From assembly GCA_041489155.1 (NCBI GenBank), contig JBGPQP010000001.1, positions 25,431 through 89,430 on the forward strand: DNA of 64,000 bases. The letters are read 5' to 3'. Position 1 is the stretch's first letter, and the number at the start of each line of letters is the position of its first letter. The position numbers were made by a program, and so were the translations under genes. Below the pieces are notes generated by a model. It worked only from the letters and a program-made list of their open reading frames with translations. It did no database searches and was not told where the DNA came from. Below are positions 1 to 9,904 of the stretch, piece by piece. The DNA is from Candidatus Aenigmatarchaeota archaeon (GTDB lineage: Archaea; Aenigmatarchaeota; Aenigmatarchaeia; QMZP01; QMZT01).

Positions 1-404
1 CTTACGGTGTTGTAAAAAACATGCCAGTATATCCACCACATGAACATGACCAGCCTATTGCCTTCAAAAGTGTGCCTAACGATTGGTTCAATTTCCATTT
101 TGAAAGTGCCCTCGTTTTTGGCTTTCGATTTGAAGCCGACCATCTTAACGCTCAACAATATCTTTGAAAACCTGCCGCTTGTCCTCGTGTGCTGGGCGAT
201 CCTCCAGTAGTACATCTGTATCGGGTCGCCGGTCCAGTCCCACATCCACCTTGGCTCGCCGGTGCCTGTCGTCGTCACTTCCCAGACCGAACGCAGAATC
301 GAAGTAGCTTCCCTTGTCCAAGCCAGCGGGTCAGGACCTGAGTAGTCTATCCATCTGTTCCTCCTGGGAGCGAAGCAGTCATCTTCTATAACGAATTTGC
401 CCAT
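1..404 (-). CDS. Hypothetical protein (partial, runs off the window start); paralog of 421..939
   Basis: Manual translation from ATG at 404, with a GGTGG SD-like motif upstream: MGKFVIEDDCFAPRRNRWIDYSGPDP...MEIEPIVRH...WIYWHVFYNTV. The frame is open to the window edge; it is not in the ORF track. Confidence 0.8.
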   Translation of the reverse strand, partial: MGKFVIEDDCFAPRRNRWIDYSGPDPLAWTREATSILRSVWEVTTTGTGEPRWMWDWTGDPIQMYYWRIAQHTRTSGRFSKILLSVKMVGFKSKAKNEGTFKMEIEPIVRHTFEGNRLVMFMWWIYWHVFYNTV

Positions 405-420
405 TGAATACCACCAGGAA

Positions 421-939
421 CTACCCACTCTCTTCCCTAAGCTGCCTCAGAAATTCGTGAATGTTCCTAGTAAATATGGTGCACATGTTCCTGCAGTCTT
501 CGGCGTATTCCTCCCTCTTCCTGTAGTAGAAGGACCTGTGCCAGAAAACTCTGAGCATCTCGTAGAACAGCGAGCGCTGCCATATGGTATCCTGCGGGTA
601 TTCCGTCCTCATCACAGGCTTCAGCCTTATCTCTGCGTTGCCTGTTTTTTCGTCGCCATAGCCTGTGACGTCGACCCTCAGGAAAAGATATGTGTAAACA
701 TCAAGGTCCTTGTGCACATACCAGCGCACCTTGAACTTCTCCTTTTCGCCTTTGCCCCAGCTGAACTTCTCTTCCTGAACGTCGGAATCAGCTGCCCTGA
801 AAACCGCCTTCATGAGCTCGTAAAGCTTGTAGTAAAGTTTCATCGGGTTCGGGCCTACGTAATTTATGTTTATTCTCTCGGGTCTCTCTCTGTAACAATC
901 TTCTTGTATAAGCAATTTCGTTCTCGCAAACTGCGGCAT
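421..939 (-). CDS. Hypothetical protein
   Basis: 172-aa ATG ORF with an AT-rich TATA-like region upstream; shares motifs with the adjacent ORF. Confidence 0.8.
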   Translation of the reverse strand: MPQFARTKLLIQEDCYRERPERININYVGPNPMKLYYKLYELMKAVFRAADSDVQEEKFSWGKGEKEKFKVRWYVHKDLDVYTYLFLRVDVTGYGDEKTGNAEIRLKPVMRTEYPQDTIWQRSLFYEMLRVFWHRSFYYRKREEYAEDCRNMCTIFTRNIHEFLRQLREESG

Positions 940-1010
940 ATTAACACCTATTTATATTTTCCACAAACAAAATTATAAATTGATATGCCCGGCCACGGAC
1001 GGTGTTTTTT

Positions 1011-1208
1011 ATGATATGGTGGCTTGCCGCGAAAATAATCGGAGTGGCGATGGTTGCGGTAGGCGTTTTTCTGGTCGTCTTTTTTCCCGGCATACCAGGC
1101 CATCAAGAAGTAGGGATGAGAGGAGGGCAAAGCAAATTCGGTCTGGCTGGAATAGTGATAGGCTTGGTGCTGGCGATAGTCGGCGGTTTCATAATTTTCA
1201 GCCCGTGA
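1011..1208 (+). CDS. Small two-TM membrane protein
   Basis: Two Gly-rich hydrophobic helices; ATG at 1011. Confidence 0.7.
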   Translation: MIWWLAAKIIGVAMVAVGVFLVVFFPGIPGHQEVGMRGGQSKFGLAGIVIGLVLAIVGGFIIFSP

Positions 1209-1251
1209 GGCACAAAGAAACTTTTATCTCTTTCTATCCCAATTAATTATT

Positions 1252-2958
1252 ATGGCAGATCTGGAGAAGCCTCTGCAGAGGATGAGCATAGAAGAGAAGA
1301 AGCAGCTGATAGAGGAGAAGAAGAAGGCAAAATATGAAAGTCTGATAGCATACTGGAAAAAAGAGCTCAAAGGCTATGACATGGCCCTTGATTATTTTCT
1401 CGACAAGGCAAGGGCTACAGCCGGGATATACGGAGATGTGTGCATAAATCCGGCGCTTATCGACCAGATAGTAAGTCTCAATCCCGTCACGCTCGAAGGC
1501 CAGGCCGAAATAATCTATAATATTTTCATTTACAGGACGGCCAAGTGGCATTACCACGTCGAAAAGGCAGACGAATATCTCAGGGTCACGCCAACCGCTC
1601 CGCCTGCATTCGCTCCGTTGATGGCGCAGAAGGAGAGGCTGGAAGGCCATATAAAGGCCGGCCTCGCCTCAGCCGCGCAGGCCGTCGCAGACTACGAGCT
1701 TCTCAAGCATGACGAAAGGAAGTACAGGGAAATTCTCGACTATTTCGATCTGGGCAAGAAAGACGAGCATGTGCTCCGCGCACTATTCGTCGACAGGGTC
1801 GACGCCTTTGTCGGGGAAGGCTACTCGATGGTCACCATGACGAGGCGCTGGCCTACCATCATAGGCGATTTTCTGAAGATGAAGAGCGAGTGGACGGACA
1901 CCAAAATCATAAGGGAGAAGCTAAGCGTCACCAATGTTGAAGCAAACGTGCTTAAAACGAAGAACGAGCTCTTCAAGGAATGGAAAAAGCTTTTCTTCCC
2001 GGACGTGAGAGAGCGTTATGGCAGGATAAAAAACCTGCTGGACTCGAGGAAAAGGTCCGTCGACGAATACAGGGAATGGCTCAAACCGTATCTCAACAAG
2101 CTCAAGACCATAAAGGAAGAGGCGGAAATAAAGGATGCAGCTTCCGAACTCACGGAAATAACCAAGCTTTCCTTCACCCCGCAGGGCGAGGTCAATGCGA
2201 AACTCTGGTTCTGGAAACCCATAAGGCCGGAGGAAATGGGGAAACCGCTGGTGATACAGGGGTGGGGCGAGATACCGACTTTCGACGACTGGGTGAAGGA
2301 ACATCTGCCGGCGCTCGAAGCGAAGTATGAAGTCACAATGTCCGAGGAGGAGATAAGGAAGTTCCTTGACAAGTGCATAAGAGGCCACTACCGGGGCATG
2401 AAAAGGCCCGAGTTGCACATGATATACCCTGCTCCGTCGATTGACCCGAGATTCTTATATTATTTTTTCATCGATCTTGACTATGTCTGCCAGTACAAGA
2501 AAGGTTCCACTGGCCCGATGGTGGTTGAGGATCAGTACTGGCACTTCCACCCGTTTTTGATTTCAAAAAATTTCCTTCTTTTCGCCCTGCTCGAGCTCGA
2601 ATACAAAAAGAAAAAATTCGCAGAGGATATAGAAAGGCTGATAGGCGTGAAGAAGATAGAAGACGAATACATGGAAGAGGCCAAGAAGAAGTGGCCTGGG
2701 CAGGATAAACGCAAGAAGCAGAGGAAGAATTTTTCAGAAACATGGAACGAATCAAAGGTCAGGTGGATAGCAAGGAGGAGGAAGGTAAAGAAAGCGCTTA
2801 AGCCGATACTCAAATTCTTCATAAAGCCCGGCCCCTACGAGATCAACGCTGCTGAAAGGATTTCGAAAACCTACGGCCTGTATTCGGGAGCGCAGGTAGA
2901 GGAGCTCAGGGATCTCATAAAGGAAACTAGTTATAGGATAAGTGGCCAGAGACCGTGA
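1252..2958 (+). CDS. Hypothetical alpha-helical/coiled-coil protein (568 aa)
   Basis: Long ORF rich in charged helical segments; no motif recognised. Confidence 0.8.
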   Translation: MADLEKPLQRMSIEEKKQLIEEKKKAKYESLIAYWKKELKGYDMALDYFLDKARATAGIYGDVCINPALIDQIVSLNPVTLEGQAEIIYNIFIYRTAKWHYHVEKADEYLRVTPTAPPAFAPLMAQKERLEGHIKAGLASAAQAVADYELLKHDERKYREILDYFDLGKKDEHVLRALFVDRVDAFVGEGYSMVTMTRRWPTIIGDFLKMKSEWTDTKIIREKLSVTNVEANVLKTKNELFKEWKKLFFPDVRERYGRIKNLLDSRKRSVDEYREWLKPYLNKLKTIKEEAEIKDAASELTEITKLSFTPQGEVNAKLWFWKPIRPEEMGKPLVIQGWGEIPTFDDWVKEHLPALEAKYEVTMSEEEIRKFLDKCIRGHYRGMKRPELHMIYPAPSIDPRFLYYFFIDLDYVCQYKKGSTGPMVVEDQYWHFHPFLISKNFLLFALLELEYKKKKFAEDIERLIGVKKIEDEYMEEAKKKWPGQDKRKKQRKNFSETWNESKVRWIARRRKVKKALKPILKFFIKPGPYEINAAERISKTYGLYSGAQVEELRDLIKETSYRISGQRP

Positions 2959-2962
2959 AACT

Positions 2963-4768
2963 ATGATAAGGGTCGGAGTCACGACGGGTCTGTATTACAT
3001 CGCAAGGGCTGAGGAGCTCGCTACGTCGCTTAAGAAAATAGGCTATGCCCTCTCGAAAGGTTCAAACTCCATCGAAATCTCCGGCGATACGCCGCATGAA
3101 ATAGACTACACACTGGGCAAGGAGATACGCGCCCTCGCTGAAAAACAGGGCATCCACCTGTGTTTCCACGGCTCGCTGACGACGCCTTTCGAAATCCCCG
3201 AGCGCACGGACTGGAGGGACGCGCAGGACCACGTGTGCAAATCCATACGCTCCGCGGTTTTTTCGGGATGCAAATACGTCCTCTTCCATGCATGCCTGCA
3301 TTTCTGGCTCGAGATGATAACTTACACGTCGTCGAAGCTTGAGATAGTCATGTGCGACCATCACGGCAGGTTCATTTCAGAGGTATTCTTCGAGAACAAA
3401 AAAATGAGGGACTGGTTCGCAGTGAAGATGTGGCAATACGAAAGGCAATATCCCCAGCAGATACTGAGCGAAGAGGAATTGCAGGAAGCGAGCGGGAGGG
3501 TCGGAACGGAAATACGTATATGGGAAACCGAGGAAAACAGGAGAAGGCTTTCCGAGCGCCTGAAAAAGTACCCGATAATAATGACGCCCTACGGGCCAGA
3601 ACAGGACATAAAACCCGAGGAACGCAAACGCATAGAGAACGAGGTGGTAAGGGATGTCAGCATGGAAGGAGGCAAGATGTACTCGGAAAAGTACAGGAAG
3701 TACATGGGCGAGATGGTGAGGGAAAGGATGCAGAGGGACCCGATCGGTAACAGGAGATGGAGGGTCGACAACTGGGGCAAGCTGACTGACGCATACGATA
3801 TAATGGCGCATTTCATGTTCTACAACAGAGATCCCATCTGGATCGCGATGGCTGAAATATACAAGGACGTGCTCGCTTCCTACAAGATGGACTACAGCGA
3901 CGACTGGTGGGTCGACAGGGCATGGAGGCGCGCACAGGATCTGAACGACAGGGATTTCAAACAGTTCTGGTATGCCGCGATAGGGGCGAAGTTCCTTGAG
4001 GGCCACATGAGGGATGCGATGGATTTCCTGAACAGAAGGTTGATAGACGAAATTAAAAGTTCCCCGTTCCCTCCTGAGGACATCAAAAAACTGATTGACA
4101 TAACCAAAAACCTGAAGATAACGATAGAGATGCCCGACGCGAGGGAGCCTAGATACGCCGGCCTGTACATTCTCTGGCATCCGAAACAGATTTACACGGC
4201 AATAAAGACCATAAGGAAGACGATCGGGACCGACAGGCTTTTCATGACCGTCGACTGGGAGCACATCGCAGGGCACGGCGTCGATCCTTTGATTGAGAAG
4301 GACTACCTGAAGAAGCTTGCTCCGGACTTTGGCAAATTCGTGCTTTCGGTCCATTCCAACGCGCCAAATCCGCTGCACGCGCATTATCCGATAGAGCTTG
4401 GCGACATGGAAATTTACAGGCTCAACTGGTTCTTGCGCGAAACGGGTTTCGGCAAGCAGAATTTCGACGTTTACCTCTGGTTCGAGCGCGGAGGCGGCGA
4501 CGACCCTTTCAAGCAGTCGGTCGATACGCTGAAACTCTGCGCGAAATTCCTGGAGAAAGACGTCCCTCCAGACCATCTGCCCGAGGAATATTTCGGCATA
4601 AAGATGACGGGCATGGATTACTGGAGGCAGGAACAGATAATGAGGGACCACAGGTTCGAGCCGCTGAAAGACCTCATGGAAGTGCCTGAAGAAGAATGGG
4701 GCCTGCTGTCGAGCTCGGCGACAAAGAAAGGCAAGGCAAAGGAATTCAAGAAAGCCGAAATGAGGTAG
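2963..4768 (+). CDS. Xylose isomerase/AP endonuclease 2-like TIM-barrel protein with a large internal insertion
   Basis: Metal-ligand-type motifs CFHG, LFHA, ITIEM, TVDWEH, SVHSN, HAHYP, LWFER; about 270 aa of helical insert between FHA and IEM. Start is 2942 (GTG) or 2963 (ATG). Confidence 0.65.
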   Translation: MIRVGVTTGLYYIARAEELATSLKKIGYALSKGSNSIEISGDTPHEIDYTLGKEIRALAEKQGIHLCFHGSLTTPFEIPERTDWRDAQDHVCKSIRSAVFSGCKYVLFHACLHFWLEMITYTSSKLEIVMCDHHGRFISEVFFENKKMRDWFAVKMWQYERQYPQQILSEEELQEASGRVGTEIRIWETEENRRRLSERLKKYPIIMTPYGPEQDIKPEERKRIENEVVRDVSMEGGKMYSEKYRKYMGEMVRERMQRDPIGNRRWRVDNWGKLTDAYDIMAHFMFYNRDPIWIAMAEIYKDVLASYKMDYSDDWWVDRAWRRAQDLNDRDFKQFWYAAIGAKFLEGHMRDAMDFLNRRLIDEIKSSPFPPEDIKKLIDITKNLKITIEMPDAREPRYAGLYILWHPKQIYTAIKTIRKTIGTDRLFMTVDWEHIAGHGVDPLIEKDYLKKLAPDFGKFVLSVHSNAPNPLHAHYPIELGDMEIYRLNWFLRETGFGKQNFDVYLWFERGGGDDPFKQSVDTLKLCAKFLEKDVPPDHLPEEYFGIKMTGMDYWRQEQIMRDHRFEPLKDLMEVPEEEWGLLSSSATKKGKAKEFKKAEMR

Positions 4769-4853
4769 AGGCGCTGCTAATTTTGAAAATTAGACACAAA
4801 ACCAATGGAAGTAAATAAAAAGATGGAAAAAACGAAAATCGAGGTTCTCGGCT

Positions 4854-5660
4854 TTATTCGGCCGCGCACTCGACCCATGTGCTGTTGAAGAAGGGTTCGA
4901 CAAAGCTCTTTATCGCATGCTGAGACTGCGCCCAGAATGCAATATCTTGCGTCTGGTGGACCTTGGTGTCGTCGGTAAGGGCGAAGACCACATGCTTGTC
5001 GTCGATGGTGTATATCCTGTTCAGCGGTTTCTTTACGTGCTTCATCTCGGCGATTTCCGAGAAAGCCTTTACCGGAACAGTCTCGCTCATGGGTGCAAGT
5101 ATCCTGAGTTTGATGCCTCTCTTGGTGATTCTCTTGAGCGAATTGTAGTGGCTAGAATACAGCTCGTTGAGGCCGCTTTCCGTGGTTATTATCCTTATCT
5201 CCTTCGTTGCCTTCTTGAAAAGCGAGCCAAGGTGCTGGTTTATGGAATGCCTTCCCTTGAGAGTCCCTGTCATTTCGAACGGCTGGACCAGATTCATTCC
5301 CTGTTTGTATATCGCCTCAAGCTCGTTTATGACCGGAGAAGTTTTCATGGTCTCGATTCTCTCAACCATTTCGTCATGCTTTATCTTGAGATTCTCCTTT
5401 GTCCTCTCCAGAGCGTCTCTCGGGGCAAGAGCGACGTATTTTATCGGTTTTGACGGCTGCACGACAACGAAGCCCTTTTCGGCTAAGGATTCTAGAATGT
5501 CGTAGGACCTCGATCTCGGCACGTTCGCTATCTGTGAAAGCTCTCCTGCACTCGCTACTCCTCTTGCTAGCAAAGCCACGAAGATTTTCCTCTCATACAG
5601 GTTCAAACCAATGCTCTTCAGCGCATCCAGGGTTTTTATTGTTGCTACCATTTTTTTCAC
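4854..5660 (-). CDS. TrmB-family transcriptional regulator
   Basis: N-terminal GLNLYE...VPRSRSYDILESLAEKG wHTH and a C-terminal effector domain (IDDKHVVF). Confidence 0.9.
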   Translation of the reverse strand: MKKMVATIKTLDALKSIGLNLYERKIFVALLARGVASAGELSQIANVPRSRSYDILESLAEKGFVVVQPSKPIKYVALAPRDALERTKENLKIKHDEMVERIETMKTSPVINELEAIYKQGMNLVQPFEMTGTLKGRHSINQHLGSLFKKATKEIRIITTESGLNELYSSHYNSLKRITKRGIKLRILAPMSETVPVKAFSEIAEMKHVKKPLNRIYTIDDKHVVFALTDDTKVHQTQDIAFWAQSQHAIKSFVEPFFNSTWVECAAE

Positions 5661-5798
5661 CTAACTGATAGTTAATTATGCCTTTTTGTTTATATAAACA
5701 TTTTCTTATACTTTTAATTGAGGCGAAAGCTTTATATATGTTTATTACTTCTCAGTGAATATATTTAAAAGGCATTTGTTCCATAAATTTCGCTATAT

Positions 5799-7517
5799 TC
5801 AGGTTTTCCTGCCCCTCTGCTGGCGGTAAAGGCCTTCTATGCGCTTCGCGTCATCCGCGTCCTCGGCCGCCTTCTCGACCCTTATCCTCAGAAGCCGCGG
5901 GAAGCGCAAGGCAAAGCCCGAAGAATACGTGGGCGACTTCTGTATCTCTTCGTAGGCGACTTCTACGACGATTTTCGGCCTTACCTTGATCTCGTTCCCC
6001 TTCTCGGAAATTATGTAAGGCTTCAGCTGTTTTGTGATCTCATCGAAGGTTATGTCGCCTTCATCCGTCTTCTTCTCCTTTATGCCGGTCCCCATCATGC
6101 CGCATTCGGCGAAGCCGTCGCCTTTTCTGCATGAAAGTATGAATGTCCCGAACCAGCTCGTTCTCTTGCCGGTCCCCCACTCCGCGCCGGTTATCACAAG
6201 GTCGAGCGTCTCCATTATCGGCTTTACCTTGAGCCAGTAGCCGACCCTGCGACCCGGTTGGTAGGATGCGTCGAGGTTCTTGACCATAACGCCTTCCTGC
6301 TTCGCTTTCAGCGCGCGCTCATAGAACTTTTCAGCTTCTTTCAGGTCCTTAGTCGCGAGTTTCTCGGCAAGCTGGAACTTGCCGGGTATTGACTTTATCA
6401 CGCCTTCCAGGAGTTTCCTGCGTTTTTCCAGCGGCTCGTCAAAAAGATCTCTGCCATCAAGATAAACGATATCAAAAAGATTCACTTGTACCGGGATTTC
6501 TTTGGCCATCTGCTCTATATGGTATTTCCTTTTTATCCGCTGTGAAAGTATCTGGAAAGGCAGTGGGTCGCCGCTCCTCGGGTTCGTGCCGAGCATCTCG
6601 CCCTCGATTATGCACTCTCTCGCTTTGATGCCCTTTCTGGCGAGATCGAGCAGATCGGGGAACTGCTTTGTCACGTTTTCCAGTCTTCGCGTATAAAACC
6701 AGAATTGGTCGCCTTTCTTATGCATGCAAACACGTGCGCCGTCGTATTTGAATTCGACAAGCGGGCGTTCAAAGGTCTCAAGCGCTTCCCTGAGGTCCTT
6801 CGCTTTTTCAGCGAGCAGGACCTGGTAAGGCTTTCCAATCTCGACAGTCACATTCTCCAGGCCGCGAAGGCCGCGTTCCTTGGCGATTTGAGCGATTTCA
6901 GCGTAATCTGGCCGCAGAAACCATGCCCATTCGATGGCGCTGATAATTTTCTTCTTCTCCTCCGGGTCTTTCACATCGAAGAAAGCAGAAGCGATCGAAT
7001 CGCGCAGCACGCCTTCCGCAACGCCGACCCTGAGCTGTTCAAGGACAGTTCGCACGATATACTTCGCTTCCTTCGGTTTCGCAAATGATATAAGCTCCTT
7101 GACAAGCGATATTTTCGATTCCTGCGATCCCTTGCCCCCAATGGACGCGAGCTTCCGCAGGTTCTCGAAAACTTTGCCGACTTCAAGTTCCCTTGCCACG
7201 AGGCTTCTCTGTTTTTTCGATGCCATCAGCTTCTCGACTGCAAAGCCTAAATCTCCCGTCCTGTTGAATTCGCTGACCACGTCTTTTTCGGCAAAGCCCG
7301 TCGCCGATGTTATCACCTTTATCATCACCTTGTCGGCGACACCCATCTCTTTTTCAGAGTAACTTGGAAAAACCTTTCCCTGGATAAGCAGCGTTATCTT
7401 GTCAAGCGAATCCGAATCTGCGGCTTTCAGGAAAGTGGCGATGCCCTCGATTTTTTTCAGGCGCGACGACGTCTGTTCGAGATAATCGTAAAGCTCAACG
7501 AGCTTGGAATATTTCAT
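5799..7517 (-). CDS. lig: ATP-dependent DNA ligase
   Basis: Motif I EFKYDGAR; EGVMVK; WLKVK; C-terminal ALRFPR. Confidence 0.97.
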   Translation of the reverse strand: MKYSKLVELYDYLEQTSSRLKKIEGIATFLKAADSDSLDKITLLIQGKVFPSYSEKEMGVADKVMIKVITSATGFAEKDVVSEFNRTGDLGFAVEKLMASKKQRSLVARELEVGKVFENLRKLASIGGKGSQESKISLVKELISFAKPKEAKYIVRTVLEQLRVGVAEGVLRDSIASAFFDVKDPEEKKKIISAIEWAWFLRPDYAEIAQIAKERGLRGLENVTVEIGKPYQVLLAEKAKDLREALETFERPLVEFKYDGARVCMHKKGDQFWFYTRRLENVTKQFPDLLDLARKGIKARECIIEGEMLGTNPRSGDPLPFQILSQRIKRKYHIEQMAKEIPVQVNLFDIVYLDGRDLFDEPLEKRRKLLEGVIKSIPGKFQLAEKLATKDLKEAEKFYERALKAKQEGVMVKNLDASYQPGRRVGYWLKVKPIMETLDLVITGAEWGTGKRTSWFGTFILSCRKGDGFAECGMMGTGIKEKKTDEGDITFDEITKQLKPYIISEKGNEIKVRPKIVVEVAYEEIQKSPTYSSGFALRFPRLLRIRVEKAAEDADDAKRIEGLYRQQRGRKT

Positions 7518-7627
7518 GATAAAATATTGTCTTCCCGATTTTAATTAAAACATCGCTATTTCTTGGGTCAGTATCTATTTAAAAAAATTGTCACGAACAG
7601 TTATTATTAACTTTCAGAGGTGATGAA

Positions 7628-7888
7628 GTGTCAAAAAGCACTAGCTATTTGAGGATAAATGCCCAGTCTATACCCAAATTCCAGTTGCCTTGGCATAATT
7701 ATGGGAACGATATGTTTAAGCCAGAATACTCGGAAAAAAAACTTTTGGAACTTTTAAAAGAAGCCAATCCCGATGTTAATATTAAAAAATTGAAATTAGG
7801 TTCAGATAATAAAGGAACTTTTGTGGAAGTGGTTTATAAAGGACAAACGATACAGGTCCCGGAAAATTTAAAGAAATGTTTCGAATGA
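7628..7888 (+). CDS. Small hypothetical protein (AT-rich)
   Basis: GAGGTGA SD a few nt before the GTG start; TATA-like sequence upstream. Confidence 0.55.
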   Translation: MSKSTSYLRINAQSIPKFQLPWHNYGNDMFKPEYSEKKLLELLKEANPDVNIKKLKLGSDNKGTFVEVVYKGQTIQVPENLKKCFE

Positions 7889-7928
7889 AATAAAACTCCA
7901 ATTTAATTAAACTCCTCATATTATTTAT

Positions 7929-9122
7929 ATGAGGGGGCAGTTTTATTCTATCATAGCGATATTTGTCACCATACCTATCGTCTTCTTCATATCGCTCTAC
8001 GTCGCCTCGCAAGGAGGCGAGAGCGGCGTCTACGAGAAAATAGTCTCCGACCAGATACATCAGGTGGAGAGGAGCGTGGAAAACGACTTCGGCAAAGCAA
8101 TCGTTACTTCGGGGAAGAGGGCGATGATAGCTGGGGACGATTACGTCGTGATGAACGGCCAGCCCATGAGCAATGCTGTGAGCGGCATGAAAGAGCTTAT
8201 GGAGAACGGGACGATCTACGGCAATGAAAGCATGCTCATGGTAAACAACACTATATCAAACTGGATCGCGAAAATTATCGCGGTTGCCGTGAACTTCGAC
8301 GTCAACATAAGCTATTCTGGCCTACAGATTTCGGGCAATAACTCATTCAACCTGAAAGCGTCGGCAAACATAAACGTGTCCGTTGCCGACGACCTCGGAA
8401 TCGCGAGGGTGGACAGACTAAACCAGTATTACGAAGCCCTTGTTCCAATCGAGGGGGCGGAAGATCCTGTATTCTCTCTCAAGACGAACGGCGTAATAAC
8501 GAGGTCGATAAAGATATCGCCTTACCCCTACAGGGCGAAAAGGCTCGTCACTGGCGGCTTGAATTCGACCGGCAATTGCACCGGCAATGTCACTTTCAAC
8601 AAGACGGACTGCACTTCCAAGATACTTGTTGCGGAAAACATTTCTGGCATCAGTTTCGGCTGCTTTTCCGGCTTCATTATAGAGGAATCGGCCAACCTTA
8701 CCGCCAGTTCAGACTGTTTTGTGACCGGCAATTCCACTGCGTTCGAAAGCATGACGCAGGCCATTGCCAACACAGGATATGCAAGAATTTATCTCGATGG
8801 CAGCACGAAATCGGCGTGGCATCTTCCGATACGGGAAGAAATAGACAACAAATATTATTTCACGGGGAATGGACCGGATTTCCTAAAAAGGCTCGAAGGC
8901 GATTTGAACGCGACAACAGATGGCATTGAGACAATAGTGAATCTCCCGGAACTGGAAAGTTATGGAATTCCGATAGACGACAACGTCATCTCCGTGGATT
9001 ATATATATTTCGGGAACCAAGACTATATTGGGTATCCCGTTAGGGGTTTGCAGGGCTGGCTCAGGCTAAACAGGACTTTTGCTGACAGGTACGGCCTGAC
9101 AGAATTGTGCGAAGGATGTTGA
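7929..9122 (+). CDS. Large pilin-like secreted protein with class III signal peptide
   Basis: MRG/QFYSIIAIFVTIPIVFF prepilin-like N-terminus; many N-x-S/T sequons. Confidence 0.7.
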   Translation: MRGQFYSIIAIFVTIPIVFFISLYVASQGGESGVYEKIVSDQIHQVERSVENDFGKAIVTSGKRAMIAGDDYVVMNGQPMSNAVSGMKELMENGTIYGNESMLMVNNTISNWIAKIIAVAVNFDVNISYSGLQISGNNSFNLKASANINVSVADDLGIARVDRLNQYYEALVPIEGAEDPVFSLKTNGVITRSIKISPYPYRAKRLVTGGLNSTGNCTGNVTFNKTDCTSKILVAENISGISFGCFSGFIIEESANLTASSDCFVTGNSTAFESMTQAIANTGYARIYLDGSTKSAWHLPIREEIDNKYYFTGNGPDFLKRLEGDLNATTDGIETIVNLPELESYGIPIDDNVISVDYIYFGNQDYIGYPVRGLQGWLRLNRTFADRYGLTELCEGC

Positions 9123-9124
9123 TT

Positions 9125-9904
9125 ATGGACGAGGAATATGTAGAGCTGGAAGGAGCGAAGGATGATGAAAAAAAGAAGCCTGCAAAAAGAATGAAACAGC
9201 AACCCCAAGCCGAAAAATCAGATGCTGTTAAAGAAGCATTCGAACCACCCAAGCCAGCCAAACCGGTCAAAGCGGAAACGGCCAAAACCATGAAGAAACT
9301 GCCCGAGGAGCAAAAAGAGGAGGGTCCGGAAAAACCAACAGAAGTGGAAGAAACCAAAAAACCGAAGCCCAAGAGCAAACCAGCAAAACCCAGAGAAGTA
9401 AAGGCTGAAAAAATAATGGATCATGTCGAAACCGATGTTGATAAGCTTTACGAGCTAGTCAGGGATAAAGGCATACTGAAGGTGAAGGAAGCATCCAAAA
9501 TACTGGGCATCGACATGGATCAAGTCGAGGAATGGAGCAGAATCCTCGAGGAACACAAGCTGGTCAGGCTCCGCTATCCACCGGTAGGCGAGCCGGTTCT
9601 GATACTCAAAAGATTCACCACCGATTCAGAAAAATTACAGAAGCTGAAAGGCGGCAAGAAGCTCAAACCGAGAAGAAGGGTCTTCATAATAAACATAATT
9701 ATTCTTGTCTTTTTCCTTGCAGTCATTGCCATATTCAGTGTCAGAATTCCCACAATAAGGATAACTTATATCCAAGCTTATTTAGCCGTTGGAGCAATAA
9801 TTATCATAGGAGCCGTGTTTGTTTTCAGGGTTGTGAGAGGTAGAAAAAATGCAGGCAAAAAAGATGCAAAATCCGAAGAAAAGTCAGGAGAAAAAGCCGA
9901 CTGA
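9125..9904 (+). CDS. Membrane-anchored protein: K/E/P-rich N-terminus, wHTH-like domain, two C-terminal TM helices
   Basis: ETDVDKLYELV...VEEWSRILEEHKLVRLRYP segment and two hydrophobic helices; overlaps the downstream ATPase. Confidence 0.75.
   Translation: MDEEYVELEGAKDDEKKKPAKRMKQQPQAEKSDAVKEAFEPPKPAKPVKAETAKTMKKLPEEQKEEGPEKPTEVEETKKPKPKSKPAKPREVKAEKIMDHVETDVDKLYELVRDKGILKVKEASKILGIDMDQVEEWSRILEEHKLVRLRYPPVGEPVLILKRFTTDSEKLQKLKGGKKLKPRRRVFIINIIILVFFLAVIAIFSVRIPTIRITYIQAYLAVGAIIIIGAVFVFRVVRGRKNAGKKDAKSEEKSGEKAD

Noticed and set aside
397..978. 193-aa plus-strand ORF
   Set aside because: Antisense shadow of 421..939, which has a paralog and better start signals.
3377..4651. 424-aa minus-strand ORF
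   Set aside because: Antisense shadow of the TIM-barrel gene; no motifs; explained by codon bias.
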